Assembly (NCBI GenBank): GCA_004764695.1
Contig: SMSO01000034.1
Location: 4,402,001-4,466,000, forward strand
DNA: 64,000 nucleotides
DNA from: Schizochytrium sp. TIO01
Taxonomy: Eukaryota > Protista > Bigyra: Labyrinthulomycetes
Direction of reading: 5' to 3'
Of the stretch, positions 23,428-36,100 are shown piece by piece. The notes under the pieces are model-generated. The model saw only the letters and a program-made list of their open reading frames with translations. It did not search any database and was not told where the DNA came from. The first letter of the stretch is position 1. Each line of letters starts with the position of its first letter. The position numbers and the translations under genes are program-made.

Positions 23428-24959
23428 TCATTGCCGTCTTAGTTGCCCAGGGGGCAATGGCGGCTGAATGTTTGAATTAGTAGATTTTGCAAAAAGTTCA
23501 GAAAACAGTGTCAGGCCAGTTACCCATGTCTGACACTCGGCAGGTGAGGGTGCTGCAAATTGAATTGGCATGACTGATTTACGTGCGACATGCAAGCGAA
23601 AGATTGTATCTGCAGGAACATCCATAGCACGTTCCTCGTGTTTCCCACCACAGAATATTGCTCTGATTTCCCGGAGGGGGAGACGAAATGTGTTTTCTTC
23701 TTCCCATGCACGCCGCATAGAAGACACTGGCATTCCTCGTTTAGAATACTGGTCAGTTGAAGATGCTAGGTCATCAAATTCGAGTGTCCAACAAAGTGTG
23801 TCGAGTTGGGCGCTTAACCGAACGAACACTTCTGTGCATAAATGTGAGTCGTTCTGCGTTGCACCTCTAGATAGAACAGCTAACATACGAGCTCCTTGAC
23901 GTAGGGTGTTAGTAAGCTCTAGGTGTTCTTCTAAAATAGGTGATAATAGCTTGTTGATCTCTTGTGCGGAACTATTATTTGGCCCTTCAACAAGAAGAGG
24001 ACGCTCAATAAATCTGGCTCGGTCACTTCCTTGGGTCGCCATCTTCCGACCCATAAAAGTGCTCTGCGCGATCGCGAGCTGAAGAAGATGGATCAAGATC
24101 AGCCTCATCTCCTGCGCGAAGTTTTTTCAAATATGCTAACACATGTTTCTCTTCACTTTCAAGCTGGGCTAGCCGTTCCATGACGAGTTGATGAGCATGA
24201 TCCACACGATGTACTTGTGATGAACTAATTGATGACACAGATAACCCGTTAACTGTGACAAAATCCTCGTCTAGAATATCTTCGGAATCGTCCAAACCAG
24301 CAGCTATTGTGGACGAGAAAGAACCTACATTTCTCGGCCGTGTCTGTGCCGCTGTGAGGGTACGCATGCTCTCAACTAAAGAATCAATGCTTTCGTCGCT
24401 AGTATGATGATGCACGGTAACTTTTGGTCCCTGTTGTCCATAATAACCCGCCTCCATCTCGACGTCTTGCCATCTAAAGCTGCCTGTTTGTGACAATGTT
24501 GAAACAGATGGCCTTCTTGTATTTCCTCGATACTCCGGCATGGTCGCTGCCCTCAAGACGCTACTAATTGACAAGTTTGAAGCTTTCTCAGAGGTGCTGG
24601 CCGGTGACTTTGAAGCCAATCTCGGAAATCACAGACTCGGCAGTGCCTTGAGCAGCTTGCGTGGACCTTGCTGAGTATAATGCGTGAAGTTTACTCTGAC
24701 TCGCCCTTATGTCATCGCCTACTACTTTTGACGTTTCTTCGCTGGAACTTTCGTCACTCTCCTTGTCATCATCATCTCCAAGCCTTTCCTGGGGAGCAGG
24801 AGGTGGAGTCCTTCTAGGTCTTTTATCGTGATATCGAAGACCCCGCACTCTGTCAAAGAGCTCACCTCTGCGTTGGAGGCGCTGCCCATGCTGTTCAAGC
24901 TCTCGCTCAAAACGTTGCGCCAAGGCTACTCGTGCAGCCACGGCGTTATCCCCGCTCAT
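23428..24959 (-). CDS. Coiled-coil/disordered protein with C-terminal PH (PLC-type) domain; two +1 frameshifts join three track ORFs (about 509 aa)
   Basis: Overlapping ORFs 24588..24959, 24023..24619 and 23428..24108. Removing 2 nt gives 1530 nt. PH-like C-terminus: LRQGARML, VFVRLSAQLDTLCW, LPLREIRAIFCG, FAAPSPAECQTWVTGL. Confidence 0.7.
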
Positions 24960-26129
24960 GAAGACAAGACTGGCTGAAGGGAAATGCCAAGGGGATTTGA
25001 TTCAGGTTTTGCTGCTCGATGATTTGCTCGGCTCGTGTTATTCGCTGTATAACAAAGTATCGCTTAACAAGAGAGAGGAACAATAGCACGTGGACGTTTC
25101 ATTGCCTCAAAAAGGCGGTACACACATATAAAGGTCACTGGTGACTTCAATGAGGAGTCTCTAAGTTTGCTTTAAAAGCGAGGAGATAGAAAGCGCGTAC
25201 TGACGATTACCTCTGATTCTGTATTGTGATTTCAAATTAAAAATTAAAGAATGTTCAGAGTACATCTAAATTGTTGTATCCTCTTTAGAAATCCAAGTTG
25301 GCATCACTAAAGATTGTTGGTACTAAAAATCTTTGCAGAACAATGTAGTATAGTCTAGTATCAAGGGTATTGGTATTGATAAGCATGAGCACTTGGGGCA
25401 TGCTTAGTATGTAGGTTGGTGACCTATAGTGCTATAAATACGGTTCAGCTACCAGAACAGGTCCGGTTCTGACTTCGTACTTTTTGCTACCCGTATGACA
25501 CTGCACAAAATTTATTTTCCTTAAAGAAGGAAAAGCTAAATCTGAATCTTAAAAAAAAGGCAGTCGATTGACGTTCAAGGAGTTCATAATAAAATTAAAG
25601 CTCGTCTTATTCATCTATGCTATTCAAATAACTCATTACTCGTGAAACGTTTGAGATTGTACGTTCAATTAAAATAGTAAGCAGTCATTGCGTTTAAAGA
25701 AATTTTTGAAGAGTGATGATACAGAAATCCGGTTAAACCTCACACGCGAGACAGGGCGAGCGTCAGAATCAGACAGAAGAATTGCTCTGATACGCCTGGA
25801 TAACGCAGATATCACAAGACGTAAAATTAGCAAAAAGGATAACTAGTCATGGGTTTGTAGTGAAAACGGAGATATCCTGCAGGGTGAGCACAGGATAAAA
25901 GCTTCAGCATGCTCGAAATTGGAACTGAGTTCATACCGAGGCGAAGTATACGTAAAAGTCAATTGGGATAAGGTCATGCGGGAAAAGTTTGGCGAAAACG
26001 TGATTGACAGCAGCTGCAAAGTGCTATATGATGGTGAATAGCACAACCCGACCCTTAAAATGCAGAATAAAAAGCTTTTGCTGTTGTCAAAATCAGAGGT
26101 CACGAAAGGGGGTTTTGGATTTCTCCCAA

Positions 26130-27485
26130 CTAATCCGAATCTTCTCCAGTAGGTTCCTCGATGTCGGTCGCAGAATCGGCAACGTCGGTATCACTGTCAG
26201 AATACTCATATTTATGAATAACACGGTCAGTGTCATCAAAGAGCTCACTAAACACTAGAATAGCAAAGTGAACAAGAAAGGCTGAACGAAGAGCAAGCAA
26301 GGTCTCGATGGTCAATTTACGGCGAGTCTCAATATCAAGGCCTTCCGAGACAAAGCTAAGAATGTTGCGAATACTCTTGGACGAAGATTTACGACGAGCA
26401 TTCTTTTTCGCGTTTCGCGAGTAATACCCCTGAAGGGAGTTCACAGACTGACTGTCGACGAGGACGTTGCTTGGGTTTCCATGAGCATCGTGGATCTCAA
26501 TGACCTTCTGCTCGGTAGTTTTGGAAAGATCGTCATCACGGTCTTCCTCACTGCCACTGCTGTTCGCACTGCTAGGGGATTTGGCGAATTTGTTAGCCCT
26601 GGATGTGGATGTGGAGTAGAGATTGTCACTGGAGGAGTTCGATACTTTGACTTTTAGGAGGCTGGGCATCTCACTGGACGCAGTATTCTCAGGTGCAGTC
26701 AAGTCTTCGTTTGACTCAGATTCAGGTTCCGAGGAGCTGAAAGCCTCACCCCGGGGTGAGGAAGGGCTCATCATGGTTGTTGTCTTCATATTGCTGTTAT
26801 AGTTCTGCGGGCTACTGGGCGCCATTTGCTCATCAGACTCAGAGCGAAAGCCGAGCATGTTACCAAATTCATTCCAGATGGCCGAGCCAGTGTTACTGGA
26901 CTCACTGATGGCTGCATACCGGTAGCACTCGATGTCGAATGTGTTATTAACCTCCATGAGCAGACCTACAGGAATTTCATTACCACCACCGTGCTTGCTG
27001 AGAACGTCTTCAACAAGAAGCGGGAGAGCCTTCTCGTCGTAGACTACATTGATGTCAAAAAGTTCGTGACAGCACTTCTCCATGAGCTTCCGTACGATTT
27101 TGTTTTTGTTGTAGGCAGAAATGTTCTGTGGTGCCACAACGGAGTGTAGCATGCGTGCTCTGGAGACGACCTTTTCGCGAGCATTCATAATGAGTGCCCT
27201 ACGTCCAGGGTCTGACAGTTGCAGCCATGTCTTGACTACGCGTTCTTTCTCACGCTGCCAGCTTTCGTAGAGGTCTGCCGATAGTTCTTCTGTTCCAGCG
27301 CGCCTCTTGAACTCGCGAATCCTGCTTCTAACGCGTGCAATCTCAAGTTCTGCCTCCTTCTTCGAAAGCAGAGTCGGTGCCTCTGCGGAGCTCATGAGTG
27401 AGGTTAAAGAGGCATTCGATTCAAGCGACCTCAGCGACCGTGTTTCTGTGCCAGACTCCGCTGCGCGGGAGTTGTCTTGTCCCAT
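26130..27485 (-). CDS. Hypothetical protein, predicted N-myristoylated (451 aa)
   Basis: Starts MGQDNSR (Gly2, Ser6). Helical N-half, Ser-rich linker, hydrophobic helix near the C-terminus and an acidic tail. Coding-like composition. Confidence 0.75.
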   Translation of the reverse strand: MGQDNSRAAESGTETRSLRSLESNASLTSLMSSAEAPTLLSKKEAELEIARVRSRIREFKRRAGTEELSADLYESWQREKERVVKTWLQLSDPGRRALIMNAREKVVSRARMLHSVVAPQNISAYNKNKIVRKLMEKCCHELFDINVVYDEKALPLLVEDVLSKHGGGNEIPVGLLMEVNNTFDIECYRYAAISESSNTGSAIWNEFGNMLGFRSESDEQMAPSSPQNYNSNMKTTTMMSPSSPRGEAFSSSEPESESNEDLTAPENTASSEMPSLLKVKVSNSSSDNLYSTSTSRANKFAKSPSSANSSGSEEDRDDDLSKTTEQKVIEIHDAHGNPSNVLVDSQSVNSLQGYYSRNAKKNARRKSSSKSIRNILSFVSEGLDIETRRKLTIETLLALRSAFLVHFAILVFSELFDDTDRVIHKYEYSDSDTDVADSATDIEEPTGEDSD

Positions 27486-28190
27486 TATTGCACTTCACAG
27501 TCGTCAAGCAGCGATATGCTCTTGCTTGTGCGTTTGCTGCGTGTGACACACGAGCTCTGGCGGCTCGAAGAAGGAAGACCAATCTCCTCTCCTCTACGGC
27601 GGGCTCCAACTTCTTCAAGTTCAAGTTCTGCTCGCGCTCCTTTCCTTCTTTTTCCTTTTCAACTTTTTCTTTTTTTTTTTTTAAATATAAAAAGCAAAAG
27701 AAATAGTCACAGAAAAAGTTCCTTTCTTTCCTATTATTTCCAATTTAGAAAGTCTTTCACTTCCAACCTTTATTTATATTCTACACCATATTCGTAGTAT
27801 AATATGTTTATACTCAAACCTAAACTTTAAATTCAAAATAATAGGAGTTATAAGTAAAGAGAAGAAATGAAAAGTAAAGAAACATAAAGTCCCTCCTTTC
27901 CAATACTACATCATTAAGTACCATTTTGCAGTAGACACCATGTTTAATTAATTAATTAAATTAAAAAAAGATAAAAGACAAAGATAAAAAGCTTCCTCTC
28001 CATAAAGTTTCTTAAAATGTTAAAACATAAAATCAACAATATCAGCTAATTGATTGCAAAAAGGTCTCAAGGGAAAGAGGTGAAAAAGAAAATGGCTTCC
28101 TAGGACCAGCTACGCATTTACTACTCCCCAAGGCTAGCTCGTTTGGAAAGCTCCTTTCAAGGCACTCGAGAAAGGCCTTTAGGAGCCTAA

Positions 28191-28243
28191 ACTAACTAAC
28201 TAATTAGCTAGCTAGCTAACTAACTAACTAACTAACTAACTAA
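28191..28243. repeat. (AACT)n/(AGCT)n compound microsatellite
   Basis: Directly visible. Confidence 0.85.
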
Positions 28244-29811
28244 CAGAGAAAAGAAATGGAAGGAGATAGAGACAAGAAGGCGTGGACACTATATACGAGA
28301 ACGGTGTATTTCGTGGCCCTCGAGGAAAGAAGGCACTCTTCTCATGCGCCTCTGTCTATTTCTTCTGAGAAGTCTCTTGCCGCGATTCTGGATTTATGCT
28401 CTCTCCCCCAATCTCTCGCCAATTAAGGTCGCTGGCCCGAGGCGAAGCTGGTTTGGAGACAAAGGCGCGAGATTTCGTGTAGCTTGGCTGGCTACTTTGT
28501 GCCTGGGAAGACGCTCGCTTTCTTCGCTTTCCTCAAGCAAGGCTCCCGAATTCTTTGAGTGAGCAGCAATTTGTCAATGCTCTTTCCATTTCATTTGTTT
28601 TTTCGACTTCAAGTTTTTATTTTTAGAGTGAGTGTATTCTATTTTACAAAAACTTTTATTTTATCAAAACACATATATATATTATTATTATTATTTTTTA
28701 TTTTTTTTAAAAAAAGGTTTCTCGCTATCTCCTTGCTAAAAAGAATGTTTTATAGTACCAGGCTATGTACCAGCTAGGTAAAACTTGGCAGGCATCAAGG
28801 AAAAGGCGGTAGTACCTGTCTAATAGCAGATAGCACCTGATTAGGTAATAAAGCCGCAAAGACGGAAGATTGCTCTTTTCGTCGATTTTGTCAATTAAAA
28901 GAAAAAGAAAAAAGGGTTTTTCCAAAATTAGAAATTGTATTTGTGATAATGCAATGCCCTCTTGAAGGCTTCAAGGACACCTTAGTTAGTAGTAAGTTCT
29001 CGATAAGCAAGGTCGAGCTTGAGCTGGGTTTTGTACAATCAAAGAAAGCTGTCTTCTTCTATAGAGTCTTTATAGTTCGTTACAGTGTAGGTGTGTAAAG
29101 TAAAAGCAAGTGAATACATGAAAACATGAATGAATGCTGTAACGAAATAGCCCAACGCAATTGATGGACCATCGTCCAATTCAAGAACAAACCACCTCTG
29201 GCAGGCTGTCAATACATCGATGAATTTATAATAGCTCTTAGGATATAGATGCCCTGATTTTTGGCGCATTCCTCAGTGCTCAGCGAACTTAAGTGGGAAG
29301 ATGTTCAAGAACTTGAAGGCGAGCTTCATGAACGATGCATGGAAACAACACATGAATGACTATAAGTGAATGAACGTATATAAGCAAAGCTGCTCATTAC
29401 ATTTTCACTCTAGGTGTCACTAACCCATTGTCGTCTCGGTGTTCCTGACTCTTCTATTCTCCTATTTCTTGAAATAAACGATAAATAGCATTCTGAGTTA
29501 CAGCAGTCATCGGTTTCCGAGTCTGTCTTGATCCATGGTCACGATTCATGATCATCACATTTTCAAGTTGATCATTTACAGATTGATCATCGCTTATAGG
29601 TTGATTGATCTTCATTTATAGATAGATCAATCATTTATAAGTACCTAGCTTGTAATATCTACCTACCATTTATGGCTAGCAGTGTGTAGGTCTGTCAGTT
29701 TGGAAGGAGAGCCGAGAGGCGAAAGGGAGCGCCACTGAAAGAACAAATTGGGAAGTGATGGAAATGCAAATCATCATTCGATTTTCATGTTCGGGGTTGT
29801 GAGAAGTTCAC

Positions 29812-29873
29812 CAATGATTCATCGATTCATTGATTCATTCAATCATTGATTCATTCAATCATTGATTCATTCA
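29812..29873. repeat. (ATTC/ATTG) degenerate microsatellite
   Basis: Directly visible. Confidence 0.75.
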
Positions 29874-30231
29874 CTCTCTCACGAGTCAAACCTGGTACGG
29901 TGACCCTCTATCCATCCATCCATCGATTTACCCATGATTCCACCGACATTCATGTTTGATTCATCATTTTCAAACCATTCTTGATTCATGATTGCAAAGA
30001 ATGAAAGCTCAACAGCGTCCATACAATCTATTGTCTTCGACTCATCTCAATTTACTTTCCTTTCGAAGCCAGTCACTAAATGCATAGAGCGAGAAAGAGA
30101 AAGAGAAAGAGAAAGGAAAAGGTAAGTGGAAAAGAATGATTTCTTAGCTCCCATGAGAAGAGGAGACGATACCCAGTACTTGCTAACTTGCTTAGCTAAC
30201 TGCTATTCCTTCTCAGAAAGCTATTCGTTCA

Positions 30232-30233
30232 TT

Positions 30234-30325
<92 letters not shown>

Positions 30326-30343
30326 TCATTCTTTCTTTCTTCT
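30232..30343. repeat. (TTTC)n microsatellite
   Basis: More than 20 perfect units. Confidence 0.95.
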
Positions 30344-31314
30344 TTGTCTGTTAGTTTGTTGGTTAGTAACAATAGACATGTGAACAAGCTCGATCTAACT
30401 CGAATCATTCATTCTCAATCCGTTCCTGCTCGAGCTAATAGGCCGTCTTATGAGAGCCATGAAGTTCGTTCCACAAGTCTACGTGTGGAGTATCCATGAC
30501 GACCTTCTTCGCAGCAGCAACAGCATTCCAATCTAAGACCTAAAAGACCAAGACTCGATAAAAGCTTGAAAACGACTTCTTAATTCATTACATAGGTAGG
30601 TAGTGGGCGCTCAACTGAAAAGTAAATCTACGAGGGTGTTCAAATGAGTCAAATGAGCAGGAGGAGCCATCGCTTTCGCAGAATTTGAAGGCAGAGATTT
30701 AGATCGAGCTCAGAATCGTGAGGATCTCCGTTGGCAGTTAGTTCGTTCTGAGGTTAACCATTCCATCGCCCTGTGGTCCAATCAATCAGAACAACTGCAA
30801 TCCGTTAACTCCCTCTATCAATTCGCTAGCTCACTCTTTCGGGAGCGGGTTGAAGCCTCGTTTCTGTTGACTCTGCGTAGCAGTTAGCTATCGCCAGCTA
30901 TAGTTCTAACAATATTTGTCCATCGTTGATTGAAGTTGGCCAATCGATAGCTTGCCGTGCCGCCATACTTGTCGTCGGCTGGATATCTTCGAGCTCGCAA
31001 ATAGCTTTGAGGGAGAGACCCACATCCAACTTGCTTGAACTTACTTCTTCAAGGCCATGCCTTCCCTCATTCCACGGCATAGCTCGAAATAGTTGCACAA
31101 GTAAAGCACCTGCAAGTGCGCAATGGCGCTGAAGACAGGAAAAGACTACCTACCTTTTATCATCTCAATTATTATTTTAGTTTACCTTATTCTGTTTATT
31201 GATCGTTTGTTTAGCGATCATCATCACAGCTATTTTAGAAAAATAAAATTAAAGAGGACATATATAGAGATTAGATTTGCTGCCTTCATCATACGGTTAG
31301 TTAGTAGTAGCTGC

Positions 31315-31372
31315 TAACTAACTCACTAACTAACTAACTTTTCACTCACTAACAAACTGACTAACTGACTAA
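31315..31372. repeat. (CTAA)n degenerate microsatellite
   Basis: Directly visible. Confidence 0.75.
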
Positions 31373-32992
31373 ACCAAAGGCCGTAAGTCGAAGAAAGCGC
31401 CATCTCGCAGCCTTTGCAGGTGCGCCGTGAACAGGAGCACAACAGCGGCGGCGGTTTTGGCAGCACTCGTGCCTGTGCCAAGGCTTAAAATTGGCTCCGG
31501 GAGAGGAGCACGGAAGACGAGGCGTCATCGAAGTGAAAAGTGAAAAGGCGATTGTTTCTACGGTGGTTGGCCATGAGAGAGAGAGGGAGAGAGCGGCACT
31601 TTTCCACGCTCTTCCGAGATGCCATATTGATGGTAATAATAGTGATGATGATGATGGTGAAGATGGCGGATTTCTTGGTTTTGATGAGACTCTTTGTCGA
31701 GGTTCAACTTATGGTTGAAAACTAACTCGGCCAACAGCCAACAAACATACGGTTGCATGGAATGAGGAGGTACCGGGGCCTGGCGAGTTTATGAGACTGG
31801 CAGGCCAAACTGATTGCTCGCAGAGCTCAGATGACCCTTATTGATGACCTCAGCTCGTTACACGAAAGCCAAAATCATTTTTTTCCACATTGTTTTCTTC
31901 TTTTTCGTTTTCACCGCGTGGAAACAAGAAAGGTCATTAAAAGTTATTGATATATATAACTATTTTTAGGTTACTCTTGTCAGGCCTACCGTGACCATTA
32001 AAAAAACAAATTAAAAAACTTGAAGTTTAATATATCGTTATTAAAAAATGTTTATCTTTTAAGATAAAGACTCTCTCGAACCATTTGCCATACTCCTTTC
32101 TACCACTGCTTCATAATATTAGGTTTCAACCTTTTTTACATTTTAAAAAAAGTGTTTAAAATAAATTTACAAAAATAAAAGAAAGAAAAAAGAGTCTTCG
32201 CTTGATCTAAGAAGGAGGCGAACAAAGAGCTTTGTTACACATATTAGTAGTAGTACCTGATTGTCTCGTTTTTCCCTTTAGCTCGATTCGTTGAAATAAC
32301 CACAATTCGAAGTTCACAACTGATAAAAAGACGCGCTCAAAGACCGGGTAATGCAAAGGAAAGAGCAACTAATTCCGCGCCGCCACAGTAGGTCGGGACC
32401 TAGGCAGCTAACTCGCTGCGCCGAGGGACTGAGTCCATGGACGCTGCCAGGGCGCCGCTGCGCCGGACGAAGCGCAGGTACTCCAGCTGCAACCTGAGGA
32501 GAGGACCTCGCGATGATTGTCTTTGCGTCCATTTCTCAATTCCATTCGTTTTTCCATAATAAATGGTGGTTTCTTCGCTCTTCGAAATTAGTTTATTCGT
32601 ACTCCACACGAGCTCGTCTCGCCGCGGATAAGCCGTCCAGCGATCGCGATGCTGTGCTGTGCTGAGTGTCGTGGGTTTACACGCACGCACGCACGCACGC
32701 ACCTGGTTTGTTTGCAGCTAGCTGCCTGAACACGCATGGCACGCGGTCGCCAGAGCGAGCTTGCAGTTCGAAATTAGGAATTCCATTCTGGAGGCGAAAG
32801 CAGAAAGGTCGAGTGACGCTCGCTCGCAGGCAACGAACGGCTCATTGGACACGCCAACAACAACTCTGTCTCCCGCCACTAGTACCTAGCCCGCTCTGTG
32901 GCCTGTGAACGGAGGTCGTCGTTTCGTGGAATCCGCTGAGTCGTTTTTGATGGAGTTGTTCTTGATACTTCGCTTCTCCGTGTCGTTCTCTC

Positions 32993-33160
32993 GATTTGGG
33001 GTTTGAATTTGGATTTGAATTTGGATTTGAACTTTGATTTGAATTTGGATTTGGATTTGGATTTGAATTTGGATTTGGATTTGGATTTGAATTTGGATTT
33101 GAATTTGGATTTGGATTCAAATTCGTAAACTTTGAAATTTGAAATTTGAATTTCGAATTT
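32993..33160. repeat. Hexamer satellite (TTTGGA/TTTGAA)n grading into (TTTGAAA)n
   Basis: About 20 hexamer units visible. Confidence 0.9.
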
Positions 33161-36100
33161 ATTAATTTGAACAAACCTCGAATAGTCAATCCTGGACTTT
33201 CGAGACTAGAAGCTCTTGGGTGTCGCGCACGCTAAGACGCTGGCTGCGGACCGCGCGGGAGTGCTGCAGCGGCCGGCGGATTGCTTGAGCCTACTACCGG
33301 GACCCCAGCTTGAAGCTTTTCTGGAGCTCCAGGCCGAAGCGGCAGTACCCGTGGGAACCACCCCAGCGGCAGTGGGACGAAGGAGGAGTCCTCCAACGAG
33401 GAAAACTTTAGGTATTTCAAATCAATCAAACCAGCACCGGCGTCGCAGCCTACGAGACCGCAGCGGTTGCCACGCCACGTCAGCAGCGATCCCGAAGCAG
33501 CTCCGAGCCTCGCAGCGTCAACTCAGCCCAGCTCAACACCCAGCCCCAGAGCCGAGCGGAGTGGCCCATGCAGCGGGGAGAATTTTGGGAAACCAGCTAG
33601 AAATCCAAGGCCGAAACCGGTAGCTCAAATACCGCCAAAACTGCGATCGCCGTGTGGGCTTACGCTGAGAAAAGCTGACTGGGCCGACCTTACACCGGGA
33701 GGAGACCAGCTTCTGTGGCAGCGACCTCAAGGTCAGCGCTGCGGAGGTTCTGCACAAGCTAGGGGCGGCGTTCTTCTTCAAGTTGAACCAACCTTCAACT
33801 CCAGCTCGTCGGTCCAGGGGCTTTCGAAAACTTGAGTTGAAGTTGGGGCTGGCGGCCAGATCTGGTCCACGACTGGCGGTGCTGCCGCATGGGTCACACG
33901 GCATGCCCCAGGCCGCGCTCCTGGTGAGGCGTCGGCCATTCGCAGCGGGTTGCCGGGAAAAAGAAAGGGAGTCAGGCTAGCAGAGGAAAGAAGAGAAAGA
34001 GCATTCTACAACCTAACCTAACCAATGCTTTCTAGTTCGCCCAAGTGACCCTTTCACTTAGGTACTAGTAGGTTAGAAGATCTTTATTTTCAAGTTCTTC
34101 AAGTGAAGAAAAAAGAAGAAAGGAAAAGAATAAAAGACATCTGATCATAGTGTTCCTATAAGGCCTACTATAAAGTTTAGGTTTTAAGTTTGAAAAGGAA
34201 ATGGCCAGAGGGAACCAGACACTCCAAAGTGCGAACGAGGAACTGGAGATAAAGAGCATTAAACTTGAAAATCCAGTTACTACTCAGTATATCTAGTTTA
34301 CTGATATTCTTTTTTGTTTTGCAAAACATGGGGAATCAATCAGCGGATTTATAGACACCTCAATACTGTATCCTGGCGGACCCGAAGGCTCATGCCTTTC
34401 TTATTTTTCTTGTTTCTAGGACTGGCAAGTGTCTCGAATAAGGATGACAGATACACCCTGGCATTTGGCGATAACAATAAGTAAGCCTGGTGCTTCCTGA
34501 GAGATAAGGAAAGGAAGAGAAAAAAGAAGAGAAAACGCACGAAAACTAGTACTACTACCTACCCAAAAGTGCTCACCCTCAGGCTTCTTCTTCTCAAATC
34601 TTAAAGCACCTTTTCGAGATCTTCAGCCAATTTGAAGTTCTTGAAGTTCAAGTTCATGCTATTCGTCTTCTTGCACACTCTCAACCCAAGTTCTGGCGGC
34701 TCGAGTTCGAGGCTTGGAAGTTACCTCTCTGTTATATCGTGGGGGTTATATAAGTGCAGAAAGCCTAAATCCAGCTTTAGGCTGATTCGGCAACACCACG
34801 TGAAAAAGATAGCGGTATACACCAAAAAGACTCTCCAGGCTGCTCTTCCACCTGCGCAATATTGTTGCTCTCCGTCAACGGCATGCTGTCACTGGAGAGC
34901 GCAGATGAGGATATTCTATTTCACAGCACGATCATTGGCAACGATGATCAAGATCGAAGACGTGATTGAGAATTGATTAGTAATTTGAGGTATTATCTTC
35001 AACAGTTGCTCCGTGGTTTCTTTCAAGAGCTGGTATTTTCATCCAACGTGCTTAGGTTCTGCTAGTTTATGCAGTTCCGAATGATATGTGCAAAGGTCCG
35101 TATGCTCTGTTTCGATAGCTCTGTGGGAGCTCCTACATCCAGATTGGGACTTTGGCACAGCTCCGCAATTTTGGACGGATTGGCCTATCCAGGCTTCCTG
35201 CTGTTCGAGAGATCTTTGCAGTGGGATATTGCTATCCTTACGGCACGGGGTTCTCTTGTAAATAAAAAATATGGTGCAAGGTTATTTCAACTTTTGCAAA
35301 AGAGAAAAAAGTTACAAATAATACAGAAGAAAAAATGAACGTGTAGGACCAATCAATCAATCAATGGTAGTCTAAAGTTGCTCATGGAGAGGAAAGCCGC
35401 CACCTCTGGTATTAGCTCTAATTGTCCACGAAGCTGAGTTGTTTCTGCACTGCTGCAGCCGCGTGAGGGAACTCGACTAGGATATGGCAGTCCTAACGAG
35501 CAAGAACGATCTTATCGGGCTTCAGCGTTTCAATGCTGTACCACGAATCGGTGCATTCTTTTTTACCTTATTTGAAATAAAATTAAGTATTCCTTTCCTT
35601 TTCTCTTTTTTTTTTTTTATTATTTTTTTAAAACTAATAATAATTAGTAAAACATGGTTGTAATATTTGCAAGCGTTGTGGAGGGTACCAATAGTTGCAT
35701 AAATAGGAATCGAAGGATAAATACATATTCTTACGTGTGGCAGCGTTGATATCCATTGTTGGTATGAAGCCAAGGAAATGGAGAAGATCAGCCTTGAGCA
35801 CTATTCGAGCCGGGCAATGCTTTGAACGGTCAGAACCTGGGCCATTTTAGACGCATGGAATATTCCTAAACTTCTTTACTAAAAACAGATATTGTTCCTG
35901 TTCTCTATCATTATATATATGATTCAGAAAAAATAGTCTTCGAAATTAAAATGCAAACTGGGTAGTAAGCTTTTTAAATAAATCGCATTCGCGCGTGCGC
36001 CTCAATCTATTTCAGGACAGTGCTGTCCATTGCACTATATGCAAAGATAGAGTGGATTTATCAAATTTTCGTAAATCTAAGCACGAGTGAATTATCTTGT

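Noticed and set aside
30126-30383. Hydrophobic FFLS-repeat ORF
   Set aside because: Translation of the (TTTC)n microsatellite.
32842-33189. NPNS-repeat ORF
   Set aside because: Translation of the hexamer satellite, with no ATG context or coding flanks.
33216-33980. Overlapping ORFs on both strands in a GC-rich block
   Set aside because: Stop-poor because of GC content, non-ATG starts, and no protein-like signature.
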